Shown piece by piece: positions 19,160 through 29,131 of a stretch of DNA of 64,000 bases. Position numbers and translations under genes: made by a program. Source of the stretch: an uncultured Aliarcobacter sp. (lineage in GTDB: Bacteria; Campylobacterota; Campylobacteria; Campylobacterales; Arcobacteraceae); contig CAXXLV010000002.1 in assembly GCA_963664305.2 (NCBI GenBank), positions 1,408,001 through 1,472,000 on the forward strand, written 5' to 3'. Positions within the stretch are counted from its first letter, which is position 1; each line of letters opens with the position of its first letter. The notes beneath the pieces were generated by a model. The model did no database searches and was not told where the DNA came from. It saw nothing but the letters and a program-made list of their open reading frames with translations.

Positions 19160-20011
19160 ATGAAAACTATCGCAATAACAGGTGCTAGTGGTTTTGTAGG
19201 GACAAGTTTAACAAAATTTTTTTCTAATCTAGGATATAAAATAATTCCTTTATCAAGAGAGATTTTAAATAATAAAGATAAATTAGAAGAAATATTAAAC
19301 TCTTGCGACATTGTAATAAATTTAGCAGGAGCTAATATCATAAATAGATGGAGTGAATCATACAAAAAACTTCTTTATTCAAGTAGAATTGACACTACAT
19401 CTAAAATAATAAATGCAATCAATAATATTTCAAATAAACCAAAACTTTTAATTTCAACTTCTGCAGTTGGAATTTATGATAATAAAACAATACATAATGA
19501 AAATGGTACATTTTCAAATGACTTTTTATCAAACCTTTGTCAAGATTGGGAAAAAAAAGCTTTAGAAGCAAAAAATGATATAACAAAAGTTTCTATTTTT
19601 AGATTTGGTATAGTTTTAGGTAAAGATGGTGGAGCATTACAAAAAATGTTAACTCCATTTAAATTAGGACTTGGTGGAACAATAGGAAATGGAAATCAAG
19701 CATTTTCATTTATTCATATTGAAGATTTATTAAATGCTTATAAATTCGTTATAGAAAACTTACATGAAGGAATATTTAATTTAACTGCTCCAAATCCAAC
19801 AACAAATAAAGGTTTAACTCTTGCTTTAGGGAAAACACTAAAAAGACCTACTATACTTCCAGTACCAGAATTTGTTTTAAAACTAATTTTTAGTGAAGGT
19901 GCACGTGTTTTAACAGATGGACAAAGTGTAGTACCAAAAAAATTATTAGATTTAGGATTTGAATTTAAATTTAAAACAATAGAAGACTCTATAGAAAATT
20001 TATGTAATTAG
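19160..20011 (+). CDS. NAD-dependent epimerase-like protein (TIGR01777/YfcH-like)
   Basis: GASGFVG, NLAGANI..RW, SAVGIY, FKLGLGG.IG.G.Q. Confidence 0.88.
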   Translation: MKTIAITGASGFVGTSLTKFFSNLGYKIIPLSREILNNKDKLEEILNSCDIVINLAGANIINRWSESYKKLLYSSRIDTTSKIINAINNISNKPKLLISTSAVGIYDNKTIHNENGTFSNDFLSNLCQDWEKKALEAKNDITKVSIFRFGIVLGKDGGALQKMLTPFKLGLGGTIGNGNQAFSFIHIEDLLNAYKFVIENLHEGIFNLTAPNPTTNKGLTLALGKTLKRPTILPVPEFVLKLIFSEGARVLTDGQSVVPKKLLDLGFEFKFKTIEDSIENLCN

Positions 20012-20022
20012 AAGGATTATTG

Positions 20023-20730
20023 ATGGATATATTACCAGCGATTGATTTAAAAGATGGAAAAGCTGTAAGATTAAGCAAAGGTTTGATGGATAGTGCAAAA
20101 ATCTATTCTGATGAACCTTGGCAAGTAGCAAAAAGATTTGAAGAATTAGGTTCAAAATGGGTACATATCGTTGACCTTAATGGTGCATTTGCAGGAAAAC
20201 CAGCAAATTTAGAACAAATCAAAAAAATTAGAGAAAACTGTAATCTAAAAATCGAGCTTGGTGGTGGTATAAGAGATGAAGAAACTATCAAAATGTATAT
20301 TGAACTTGGAGTTGATAGATTAATCTTAGGTTCAATCGCTGTTAAAGACCCTCAATTTGTAAAAGATATGGCTTCAAAATATCCAATCGCTGTTGGTATT
20401 GATGCAATGAATGGAATGGTTGCAGTAGAAGGTTGGGCAGAAGTATCAACTATGAAAGCAACAGATTTGGCAAAAGAGTTTGCAAATGCTGGAGTTCAAG
20501 CAATTATTTGTACTGATATTTCAAAAGATGGTATGCTTTGTGGAGTAAATGTTGAATTCACTGAATCAATAGCTCTTGCAAGTGATGTTGATACAATTGC
20601 AAGTGGTGGAGTAAAAGATATCCAAGATATCGTAAATTGTAAAAACAATGGAAATATTTCAGGTGTTATCGTTGGAAAAGCATTTTATGAAGGAACTCTT
20701 GATTTAGAAGAAGCTTTTAAAATTTTATAA
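20023..20730 (+). CDS. hisA: ProFAR isomerase HisA
   Basis: [35 protein letters not shown]. Confidence 0.97.
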   Translation: MDILPAIDLKDGKAVRLSKGLMDSAKIYSDEPWQVAKRFEELGSKWVHIVDLNGAFAGKPANLEQIKKIRENCNLKIELGGGIRDEETIKMYIELGVDRLILGSIAVKDPQFVKDMASKYPIAVGIDAMNGMVAVEGWAEVSTMKATDLAKEFANAGVQAIICTDISKDGMLCGVNVEFTESIALASDVDTIASGGVKDIQDIVNCKNNGNISGVIVGKAFYEGTLDLEEAFKIL

Positions 20731-20812
20731 TTTATTTAGTAACAAATAAGAAATAATTTAATAAAAATAATGTTATTCTATGCAACAAAAATGATTCCAT
20801 AAAGGTTGAATA

Positions 20813-22669
20813 ATGAACTCTAATAAAAAAATAACTATTATAATCTTTACAATGGTTACACTACTTACCATTGTCATTGTTGCATTAGTTGCATTAGGTT
20901 CAAGACAAAGTGGATATGACAGTGCTAAAAAAAGAGCTTATTTAACTGCTGATATAGTAAAAAAATCATTAACTTCTCACATGGTTAATGGAAATATGGA
21001 TCAAAGAGAAACTTTTTTAAATGGAATAAACCAATTAAATGAAGTTAATGATTTATGGATAATTAGAGCAAAAAGTGTAAGTAATCAATTTGGAAAATCA
21101 AAACTTACAAATGAAATTCCAAGAGATGATATTGATAGAGATGTACTTGAAACAGGAAAAGAAAAAGTTGTAATTGATGAATCTTTAACAAATGCAACTT
21201 TAAGAATTACTATTCCGTATACGGCATCTTCACTTGATAAACCAAACTGTTTATCTTGTCACAATGCAAAAGAAGGAGAAGTTTTAGGAGCTATCTCTTT
21301 AACTTTTGATATACAAGAAGATAGAATCTCTAGTATTGCTGTTTTATTAAATATTATTGTAATTATCTCTTTATTCTTAATCTTCATTCTAATTTATATT
21401 AGTAGAAAAATCAAACCTTATACTACATCGTTTGACTCAATTACTGAAGTATTAAAACAAGTTCATGAAGGTGATTATAGTGTTAGAGCAAAAGCTGGAG
21501 TTTTAAAAGAAGATAAAGAAGCATCAGCTTGGCTAAATGAATTAATAGAAAAGTTAGAAACGGTTTTAACTGGAATTGAAAAAAATCTTACTGCTTTTGT
21601 ACATAATAGATCAATAAATCTAAATAATGATAAATTATTAACTGCAAAAGAGATAATTGAAGATATTTCAGAAATTTATAATTATAAAAAAACTATCGAA
21701 ACAGATTTAACAAAAGATGATATTTACTATAGATTAATTCAAGTTTTAAAAGATAAACTAAAAATACAAGACTTTTTCATCTTTGAAACAGACTTAATAA
21801 AAGATGAAAGAAAAATTATCTTTGCAACAAAAGATACTACACCTTGTTGTAACTTATCAAATAATATAAAAGAGAGATGTAGAGCTGAAAGAACAGATAC
21901 AATCGTTTCATCAGAAAATTTCCCAGAAATTTGTAGACTTGCAACTTGTAAAAATGATACAAAACATATTTGTATTCCATTTTTAATCAATGATCAAAAA
22001 AATGTAATTATTCATATAATTTGTAAAGACCAAGAGTGTTTAAAACATGTTAAATATCAAATAGGAATTATCAAAAAATATTTAGAAGAGACTAAACCTA
22101 TTTTAGAAAGTAAACTGTTAATGGATATGCTAAGAGAAAGAAATTTAGTGGATGGATTAACAGGACTTTATAATAGAAAATATTTAGATGATTTTATTGA
22201 TAGAAAACTTCCTTTTGAATTAAGAGAAGGTACAACATTTGCCATTATGTTCTTAGATATTGATTATTTCAAAATGATAAATGATACGTATGGGCATGAT
22301 GCAGGAGATACTATTTTACAAAAACTATCTCAAACAATGAAAGATGCAGTAAGTGAAAATGAATTTATCATTCGATTTGGTGGTGAAGAGTTTTTAATTA
22401 TTATGAAAAATCCAACGGAAGAGAGTGCTTTAGAATTAGCAAATAAAATAAATCAAGATTTCTCTAAATTGATTTTTACATTCAATAATGAATCATTTAG
22501 CAAAACTGTAAGTATTGGTTATGCATTCTTCCCAACAGATACAGACCAAATCTGGAAATGTATTAAATTTGCAGATTTATCTTTATATGAAGCAAAAGAT
22601 ACTGGAAGAAATAAAGTTGTAAGATTTAAAAGAGAACTACTAAAAAACAAAGATACAAGTAGTTATTAA
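20813..22669 (+). CDS. Membrane diguanylate cyclase with an extracytoplasmic CxxCH domain
   Basis: Two TM segments, CLSCH between them, HAMP-like and Cys-rich middle region, DGLTGLYNR...GGEEF. Confidence 0.88.
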   Translation: MNSNKKITIIIFTMVTLLTIVIVALVALGSRQSGYDSAKKRAYLTADIVKKSLTSHMVNGNMDQRETFLNGINQLNEVNDLWIIRAKSVSNQFGKSKLTNEIPRDDIDRDVLETGKEKVVIDESLTNATLRITIPYTASSLDKPNCLSCHNAKEGEVLGAISLTFDIQEDRISSIAVLLNIIVIISLFLIFILIYISRKIKPYTTSFDSITEVLKQVHEGDYSVRAKAGVLKEDKEASAWLNELIEKLETVLTGIEKNLTAFVHNRSINLNNDKLLTAKEIIEDISEIYNYKKTIETDLTKDDIYYRLIQVLKDKLKIQDFFIFETDLIKDERKIIFATKDTTPCCNLSNNIKERCRAERTDTIVSSENFPEICRLATCKNDTKHICIPFLINDQKNVIIHIICKDQECLKHVKYQIGIIKKYLEETKPILESKLLMDMLRERNLVDGLTGLYNRKYLDDFIDRKLPFELREGTTFAIMFLDIDYFKMINDTYGHDAGDTILQKLSQTMKDAVSENEFIIRFGGEEFLIIMKNPTEESALELANKINQDFSKLIFTFNNESFSKTVSIGYAFFPTDTDQIWKCIKFADLSLYEAKDTGRNKVVRFKRELLKNKDTSSY

Positions 22670-22677
22670 AAGAGATA

Positions 22678-24003
22678 TTAAAATAATATCTCTTGCGATA
22701 TAAACCACCTTTTTAAAGAATTATATGTTTGCATTGAAAGTTCTTTTTCTTTACAAAAAACATCAAAATATTCCAAAGATTTCTCGAATTGATTTTCCAA
22801 ACAATATTTAGCTAAATCAACTATTTCTATATTCCCAAAACACCAAACACCTAAAGGATTATCTTTAGTTACTACAACTTCATTTGCTTGTATAAAAGCA
22901 TTTGTAACAACAGCTTTTTCTTCTATTTTTGGTAAATTTTTATCTTCTTTATTTTTTTCTTCTGGCCAAGATTGTCTTTTTTGCCAAAATTCACTATCAA
23001 ATCTTTTTTCTAATAAATAAAACTCTTTTCCAACTTTTGTAAATTTATCAAATATAAACTCTACCCTACTTTTATAAAAATCAATTGCAACTTTTTGTTC
23101 AGCTTCACCTTTATTTAAAATTGTATTTATTACATAAGGTGCAATACTTGACATACTCATAGCTTGAAATGCACCATTTCCTGAAAGAGGGTCAACACTT
23201 GAAGCACTATCGCCTATTAACATCATTTTACTATTTATTATCTCTTTATGAATTTTACAAAATGAATCTCTTTTAACTAATTTTCCAACTGCTTTGAATT
23301 TATTTAAACTCCATAATTTTATATCTTGTGTTTCTAAAACTTTTAGTAAATCACTAAAATCATTTATTTTATTTGCCAGTTCTTCATCACAAGAAAATTG
23401 GATATAACCTTTTTTATCTCCCACATAAGCTTGCCAAATCCAACCATCTTTAACTGAATCAATAGAAGTTTTATTTTCTTTCATGTTTTCTAATTCTAAC
23501 TCTTGTAATATAGAAAAACTTTTTGGTCCACATATATATTCATCTTTATAAGGGGTAAATCTTCCTCTTGCATCAACTATAAAATCAGCACTTATTTCAA
23601 ATTTTTCTTCATCTATTTTATAAACAATTTTTGGTTTTTCATCTAAATAATCAATAGAACCTATTACTTTAGCTTCAATTATTTTTATATTTTTTTGTTT
23701 TAAATCAGTTAGTAATTTTTCATCTAATTTAGCTCTATTTACAACATATTCATAATTTACTTTATTAGCTTTACTTGCCCAATTTGAATTTCTTAAGGAT
23801 TGTTTTTCTAAAAGTTCCGAAGCATTTATACAACCTTGTGAAACAAGTCCCTCTTTTGTTTTTTCACTAAAACCTTCATAAGCTGTAAATGGTCTTTTTT
23901 TATATATTACTGTTACATCAAATCCTAATTTTTTAAGTCCAATAGCTGTAGAAGTACCTGCAATTCCTGCACCTAAAATCAATATTTTTTTATTTTGGTT
24001 CAT
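22678..24003 (-). CDS. qhpG: FAD-dependent monooxygenase for CTQ biogenesis
   Basis: GAGIAG Rossmann motif, DARGR, GW.W, GD.A...DPLSGNG; position in the qhp cluster. Confidence 0.85.
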   Translation of the reverse strand: MNQNKKILILGAGIAGTSTAIGLKKLGFDVTVIYKKRPFTAYEGFSEKTKEGLVSQGCINASELLEKQSLRNSNWASKANKVNYEYVVNRAKLDEKLLTDLKQKNIKIIEAKVIGSIDYLDEKPKIVYKIDEEKFEISADFIVDARGRFTPYKDEYICGPKSFSILQELELENMKENKTSIDSVKDGWIWQAYVGDKKGYIQFSCDEELANKINDFSDLLKVLETQDIKLWSLNKFKAVGKLVKRDSFCKIHKEIINSKMMLIGDSASSVDPLSGNGAFQAMSMSSIAPYVINTILNKGEAEQKVAIDFYKSRVEFIFDKFTKVGKEFYLLEKRFDSEFWQKRQSWPEEKNKEDKNLPKIEEKAVVTNAFIQANEVVVTKDNPLGVWCFGNIEIVDLAKYCLENQFEKSLEYFDVFCKEKELSMQTYNSLKRWFISQEILF

Positions 24004-24628
24004 TTACAATCCTTTTTGAAAACTCTTCTAAAATTTCCTCTTTTTTTAAACCTTTTTTTAAATAAAAACAAAACTCTTTTGTAAACTTTGCAACTGCAAC
24101 ACTTGAACCTGCTACATTTTTTACACTTGAAAAAGGGTTTGCTCCAAAAAATAGTTTTTCTTTTTCTAATACGACAACTTTGTCATCTTTACACATTCCT
24201 TCTGATGTTACTTTTATAACACCACTATAAGATGCTGGATAAACTAAATCTTCTCCTCGTCTTGGAAATGAAGAAACTATAACTACACCTTTTTTTATAA
24301 ATTCATTGATTAACTCTTCTATTTCTTTATAGTTAGTTTTTAAACCTAAACTCATACTAATCACATCAACTTTTTTATCTTTTAAATAATTCAATGCTCC
24401 AAAAATATGATTTGGTGTAGTTGATAAATTTTTATCAAAAACTTGAATATCATAGATATTTATATTTTCATCTCTTATGATATTTCCTATAACATTTCCA
24501 TGCTCAAAGTTTATATCTTTTTGTTTTTCTATTTTTATCTCATTATTCTCTACATCAATAGCAATTTTTTCATAAGTTTCAAAACTACATCCACTATCAA
24601 TAAGTGCAACATAAATCTCTTTAGACAT
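23990..24628 (-). CDS. qhpE: Subtilisin-like leader peptidase
   Basis: Catalytic triad motifs IDSG, EHG, GSS; SMSLG, YPA. Confidence 0.85.
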   Translation of the reverse strand: MSKEIYVALIDSGCSFETYEKIAIDVENNEIKIEKQKDINFEHGNVIGNIIRDENINIYDIQVFDKNLSTTPNHIFGALNYLKDKKVDVISMSLGLKTNYKEIEELINEFIKKGVVIVSSFPRRGEDLVYPASYSGVIKVTSEGMCKDDKVVVLEKEKLFFGANPFSSVKNVAGSSVAVAKFTKEFCFYLKKGLKKEEILEEFSKRIVNEPK

Positions 24629-26258
24629 TTTTATACTCTTTTAAATTTTTATCTTCAAGCAGATAAACCTCATCAAAATTATTTAACATATTTAGATGAT
24701 GAGTTATTGCAATAATAGTTGAATCAGGAAAAATTCTTGAAATATTTTCATAAAACCAAAGTGTGTCTTTTTCATCAATAGAAGAGGTAAATTCATCTAA
24801 AACTATAATTTTTGGATTTAATAAAATTATTCTTGAAAGAGCTAGTCTTTGTTTTTGACCACCAGAAAGATTTGCACCTGATTCAAAAATATTTGTATCT
24901 AATCCATTTTCAAGAGAATTGTACCAATCTAACATACCAGTTTTTTTCAAAGAATTTATTAGTTCTTCGTCACTTGCTTTATCATTTGCTAAAAGAAGAT
25001 TTCCTCTTAAACTATCATCAAATATAATTGGAGTTTGTTCAAGTTTTACTAAATATTTTGAAAAATTTATAAAATCCTTTGTTCCTATCTCTTCATTTCC
25101 AATAAATATATTTCCATCTTGAGCTTTTAAAAAACCACAAAGTAAATCTCCAAATGTACTTTTTCCTGCACCATTTTTTCCAATAATTGCAATTTTACTT
25201 TTCTCTTTTATATGAAGATTCAAATTTTCAAATATTTTATTATTTGCATAAGAAAAATCTAAATCTTTTACTACTATCTCAAAATTTGAACTTTTAAAAG
25301 TTTCAACTTTTTCATCTTTTGGCAATATTTCTAAAACTCTATTTAGGCTAACTTTCATTTTTGGAAGATTATTTACAACTCCTAAGATTGTATGAACTGG
25401 TGCTAATAGCATTGTAAAGTATGTCAAAAATGCAACTAATTCACCAACTTTCAATTCACCTTTTATTGTCAAATATCCACCATATGATATGATTATTGTT
25501 TTTCCAAGAAGTGAAATAAATGCAGGGATTTGTGAAAAGATTAGATTTATTTTTTTATTTTTAATTACAACTTTTTTATAATCATCTTGAATAAAATCCA
25601 GCTTTTCTAAAGTTTGTTCTTTTGCTCCAAGATTTTTTAGAACTAATAAATATCTAAAACTCTCAATAAAAAATTTTCCTATATTTGAAGTTGATTCTCT
25701 CATAGTTTTTGTACTATTGTGCATATGAGGATAAAGTGGTTTTAAACAAAAAAACTCTATTGGTAAAAATATAAGTATAAGTATCATTAGTTTTATATTA
25801 TATGTATAAATAATAGTTGAAATAAATACAAGACTAATGATAGTTGAAAATAGAGAAAAAACTGTATCTGTATAGAATCTTTGAAGTTCACTTATGTCAC
25901 CTTGAAGTCTTGACATCAAATCAGCAGAGTGATATTTATTTAGAAAAGTTTTATCATGTAAAAACAATTTATTAAAAACAATTTTTCTAAATTCAAATAA
26001 TATATTCATAGAGTTTTTTGTGTAATAAATTTCATTTATTGCACTAATTATCATAGTAAATATAGTTAAGAAAAAAGTAATAGCAACTAAAATATATAGT
26101 TGATTTAGGTTTGAAGCTAAGATTGCATCATCAATAATATGTTGCATAATAAATGGTTGAATTGCACCACTTATTGATATAAAGATTGAAAAAAAGAAAA
26201 TGATAAAAAATCCTCTCTTATTTTTACGTAAGAGAGGATATATAATACTTTTAAACAT
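24621..26258 (-). CDS. qhpF: ABC exporter (TMD+NBD)
   Basis: TM region, GKNGAGKS, LSGGQKQR, LDE; position in the qhp cluster. Confidence 0.8.
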   Translation of the reverse strand: MFKSIIYPLLRKNKRGFFIIFFFSIFISISGAIQPFIMQHIIDDAILASNLNQLYILVAITFFLTIFTMIISAINEIYYTKNSMNILFEFRKIVFNKLFLHDKTFLNKYHSADLMSRLQGDISELQRFYTDTVFSLFSTIISLVFISTIIYTYNIKLMILILIFLPIEFFCLKPLYPHMHNSTKTMRESTSNIGKFFIESFRYLLVLKNLGAKEQTLEKLDFIQDDYKKVVIKNKKINLIFSQIPAFISLLGKTIIISYGGYLTIKGELKVGELVAFLTYFTMLLAPVHTILGVVNNLPKMKVSLNRVLEILPKDEKVETFKSSNFEIVVKDLDFSYANNKIFENLNLHIKEKSKIAIIGKNGAGKSTFGDLLCGFLKAQDGNIFIGNEEIGTKDFINFSKYLVKLEQTPIIFDDSLRGNLLLANDKASDEELINSLKKTGMLDWYNSLENGLDTNIFESGANLSGGQKQRLALSRIILLNPKIIVLDEFTSSIDEKDTLWFYENISRIFPDSTIIAITHHLNMLNNFDEVYLLEDKNLKEYKNV

Positions 26259-26264
26259 ATTTAC

Positions 26265-27398
26265 CTATTTTGTTTTAAATACTTGAAGTGCAGCAGAACC
26301 CATATCTCCAGATAATTGAATTTTTCCAATTTTTTCTAAAGTATTTGCATCATAAACTGCAATGTCATCTAAACAACTTCCAAGATATAGTTTTTCACCA
26401 TCCATTGATGGAACAACACTATAATATGTATGGTCTGTAACAACTCTTTTTAACACTTTTTGTTCTTTTAAATCAAATTTTGTTAAGTCATTTAAAACCC
26501 CATATAAGATATTTGAATCTTTTGGACTTCTAATAGCTGTAAACATTAAAGTCTCATATTCTGAAATATTTTGTTGGATTATTTCCCCTGTATTTAAATC
26601 AACACTTGTAATTCCCCAATACCAAGTTCCAGCATCTTCAGATGGATTTTTTGGGTCATCATATTTTATAGTTGCATATAATGCTGTTAAATCTCCTGTT
26701 TGTTGTCCTATTATATAGTTTGCAGCAGAGTCTAAATCACTATAACCTTCTTTCCCCCATTTAACTATTTTTTTAGCAACTTTTATATCTCCAGTAGTTG
26801 GATTTACTTCATATAAATCTGTTCCAACTACATATACTTTACCATCTTTGCCAGTTGAAACAACAGTTGTTTGTCTTGGCATTTCAAAGCTTTTAACAGG
26901 TTTTGCATCTAATCCATCAGCTACATTATAAACTGAGAAATGTGGAGGTAAAACTTTATATCTGTCATTTAACATCTCTGTTCTATTATAGATTGCATAA
27001 ACTTTTGTTCCATCCTCATTTACAGCTAATCCAAATAAAGATTTTGCTCTAATATTTCCTTGTGTTAAAGAAGTATGAAATACTTTTTTACAAGTCTCTA
27101 TTTCATAACCAGCAATTTCTTCACCATAACCACCTAAGATATAAGCAACTTTATAATCAGGAGATAAAACAATTCCCCCAGGAGAAAATGTTTCATCAGT
27201 TTTACACTCATTGATAACTTTATTTGTCTCTAAATCAGCCAAAACTATATTATTTGGTCTTGTTTCTGTAACTAGATAATTATGATTTGATTCTAATTTA
27301 ACGTTTGCAGCATTTAAATTTGTACTAAATCCTGAAGATAAAACTACTGATAAACTCAATAATCCTAAACCTTTTTTTATAATTTCTTTATTTAACAT
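26265..27398 (-). CDS. qhpB: Quinohemoprotein amine dehydrogenase beta subunit
   Basis: Signal peptide, beta-propeller repeats, RPNN, HTYY, GDM; adjacent to the gamma subunit gene. Confidence 0.9.
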   Translation of the reverse strand: MLNKEIIKKGLGLLSLSVVLSSGFSTNLNAANVKLESNHNYLVTETRPNNIVLADLETNKVINECKTDETFSPGGIVLSPDYKVAYILGGYGEEIAGYEIETCKKVFHTSLTQGNIRAKSLFGLAVNEDGTKVYAIYNRTEMLNDRYKVLPPHFSVYNVADGLDAKPVKSFEMPRQTTVVSTGKDGKVYVVGTDLYEVNPTTGDIKVAKKIVKWGKEGYSDLDSAANYIIGQQTGDLTALYATIKYDDPKNPSEDAGTWYWGITSVDLNTGEIIQQNISEYETLMFTAIRSPKDSNILYGVLNDLTKFDLKEQKVLKRVVTDHTYYSVVPSMDGEKLYLGSCLDDIAVYDANTLEKIGKIQLSGDMGSAALQVFKTK

Positions 27399-27414
27399 AT
27401 TTCTAACCTTCTAC

Positions 27415-27735
27415 TTATAATTTTGGATAAACGTGGTCTAATTCTCGCCAGTCATCTTTACTTTGAGGTGCTTTATCTGCCCAATGTTTATAACTTGATG
27501 ATGTATCTGGAACTTGTGTTGGCCACCAACAAGGATCAGAACATCCATATAAATCTGCTTCTAGTGGTTGACATAAACTTGCAATTCCACCATCACTATC
27601 AACTTCCCATCCTGGGTCAAATGTTGTTACACATCCAACAACACTAGACATTGCAACAACTTCGTTCGCATTTCCCTCTTTTATAGCTTCATCTAAAAGT
27701 TTAGCTTTTGGAGTAATTGGTTTTAAATGTTTCAT
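27415..27735 (-). CDS. qhpC: QHNDH gamma subunit precursor (28-aa leader + CTQ core)
   Basis: Core MSSVVGCVTTFDPGWEVD...LCQPLEADLYGCSDPCWWPTQVPD keeps C7/E16, C27/D33, C37/W43 and C41/D49. Confidence 0.97.
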   Translation of the reverse strand: MKHLKPITPKAKLLDEAIKEGNANEVVAMSSVVGCVTTFDPGWEVDSDGGIASLCQPLEADLYGCSDPCWWPTQVPDTSSSYKHWADKAPQSKDDWRELDHVYPKL

Positions 27736-27748
27736 TTCTTTTATTCCC

Positions 27749-29122
27749 CTATTTAAAATATTTTGTAAAAAATTCTGGATTTTCAGCTTTGATTCTTATA
27801 TATGCTTCTACAGCAAAATCAATCCAGCTTCTCATATCATCACAATAATGTAATACTGATTTTTCAGGTGTTCCATATTTGATATAACTTTCGTGGTAAC
27901 AACCACCTGCACATAAATTTCTAATTCTACAAGTTTGACAATTTGTATCTTTTTCATTGGCTCTTTTTTCTAAAAAAGTTCCTAATGCTTTTTTATCAAG
28001 ACCATTTGTGATATTTCCAAATGATGGATAATCTGAACCTGTAAATCTATGACATAAATCTATATCACCTTTATATGAAACTGAAAGTAATCCAACTCCA
28101 GCTCCACAAGGAAGTTTTTTCTTTCTTCCTTCATGTATATCAATCACTGTTCTATGAAGATTTGAAAAACCATTAAAATTACCTTTAATTGCTTCATTTA
28201 TATAATCTTCGCCAAGTTCTCTAAATCCAGAAAATACTTTTTTCAAATCATTATCACTTAGATTAAAAAAATCATTATCCCCTGAAGTAACAGGAGCGAA
28301 CCCTACTTCTTTGAAGTTTAAATCATATCTTAGGTGATTCCAAATTGTTTTAATATCAGTTATTCCTCTTGTTAGCGTAACTCTAGCACCTACTGTTCTG
28401 TTTTTATAAATATCCAATAGTTTTGCTACATTTTTAGCTACTTTTTCATAACTTCCTTTACCATTTTCATAAACTCTTGTTTTATTATGAAGTGATTCTG
28501 GTCCATCAATACTAATAGTTAAATCCACTTTACTATCATGAAGATAATGAATAATATCTTCAGTTAAAAGTGTTGCATTTGAAGTCATCGAATAACCAAT
28601 TTTCAAATCTTTACTTCCAAAAAATTCATTTGCATAAGCAATAATCTCTTTGATTAAAGGAAGATTTGAAAGAGGTTCTCCACCAAAAAAAGTAATCGAA
28701 TACTCTTTTAAATGTGGTGATTCTTTATAAAACATATCAATAGCATTTTTTGCAATTTCAAAAGTCATTTGACCACTGTTTTTTAAAGATGTTAAATCCT
28801 CTTTATAACAATATGTACAACTAAGATTACATCCAGAAGTTACATTTAAAACAAGTGCCTTTGCAGGAAAATGTTCTATTTTTGTATCTTCTTCTTTTAC
28901 AAAAAATCTACTACCAACAATATTTAACTCTTTAAACTCTTCAACTATTTCCTCTTCTTCTTTGTTTATCTCTTCTTTGTTTTCCATCTTTCTTAAAAGA
29001 TTTGCACTCTCTGCTGATAACTCAAAAACAGATGAAGTTGGAATATGAAATAAGAACTCTTTTGAATCTACATTTAAAATATGATAATTCGTTTTTATTA
29101 AATTATAATTATTAATACTCAT
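27749..29122 (-). CDS. qhpD: Radical SAM/SPASM thioether-forming maturase
   Basis: CNLSCTYC, FGGEP, SIDG, SPASM cysteines CGAG..C..CQTC..NLCAGGC..C. Confidence 0.93.
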   Translation of the reverse strand: MSINNYNLIKTNYHILNVDSKEFLFHIPTSSVFELSAESANLLRKMENKEEINKEEEEIVEEFKELNIVGSRFFVKEEDTKIEHFPAKALVLNVTSGCNLSCTYCYKEDLTSLKNSGQMTFEIAKNAIDMFYKESPHLKEYSITFFGGEPLSNLPLIKEIIAYANEFFGSKDLKIGYSMTSNATLLTEDIIHYLHDSKVDLTISIDGPESLHNKTRVYENGKGSYEKVAKNVAKLLDIYKNRTVGARVTLTRGITDIKTIWNHLRYDLNFKEVGFAPVTSGDNDFFNLSDNDLKKVFSGFRELGEDYINEAIKGNFNGFSNLHRTVIDIHEGRKKKLPCGAGVGLLSVSYKGDIDLCHRFTGSDYPSFGNITNGLDKKALGTFLEKRANEKDTNCQTCRIRNLCAGGCYHESYIKYGTPEKSVLHYCDDMRSWIDFAVEAYIRIKAENPEFFTKYFK

Positions 29123-29131
29123 GATAAATTC

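Noticed and set aside
27415..29122. Novel ranthipeptide/sactipeptide cluster
   Set aside because: The peptide and radical SAM enzyme match the known QhpC/QhpD pair, flanked by the alpha and beta subunit genes.
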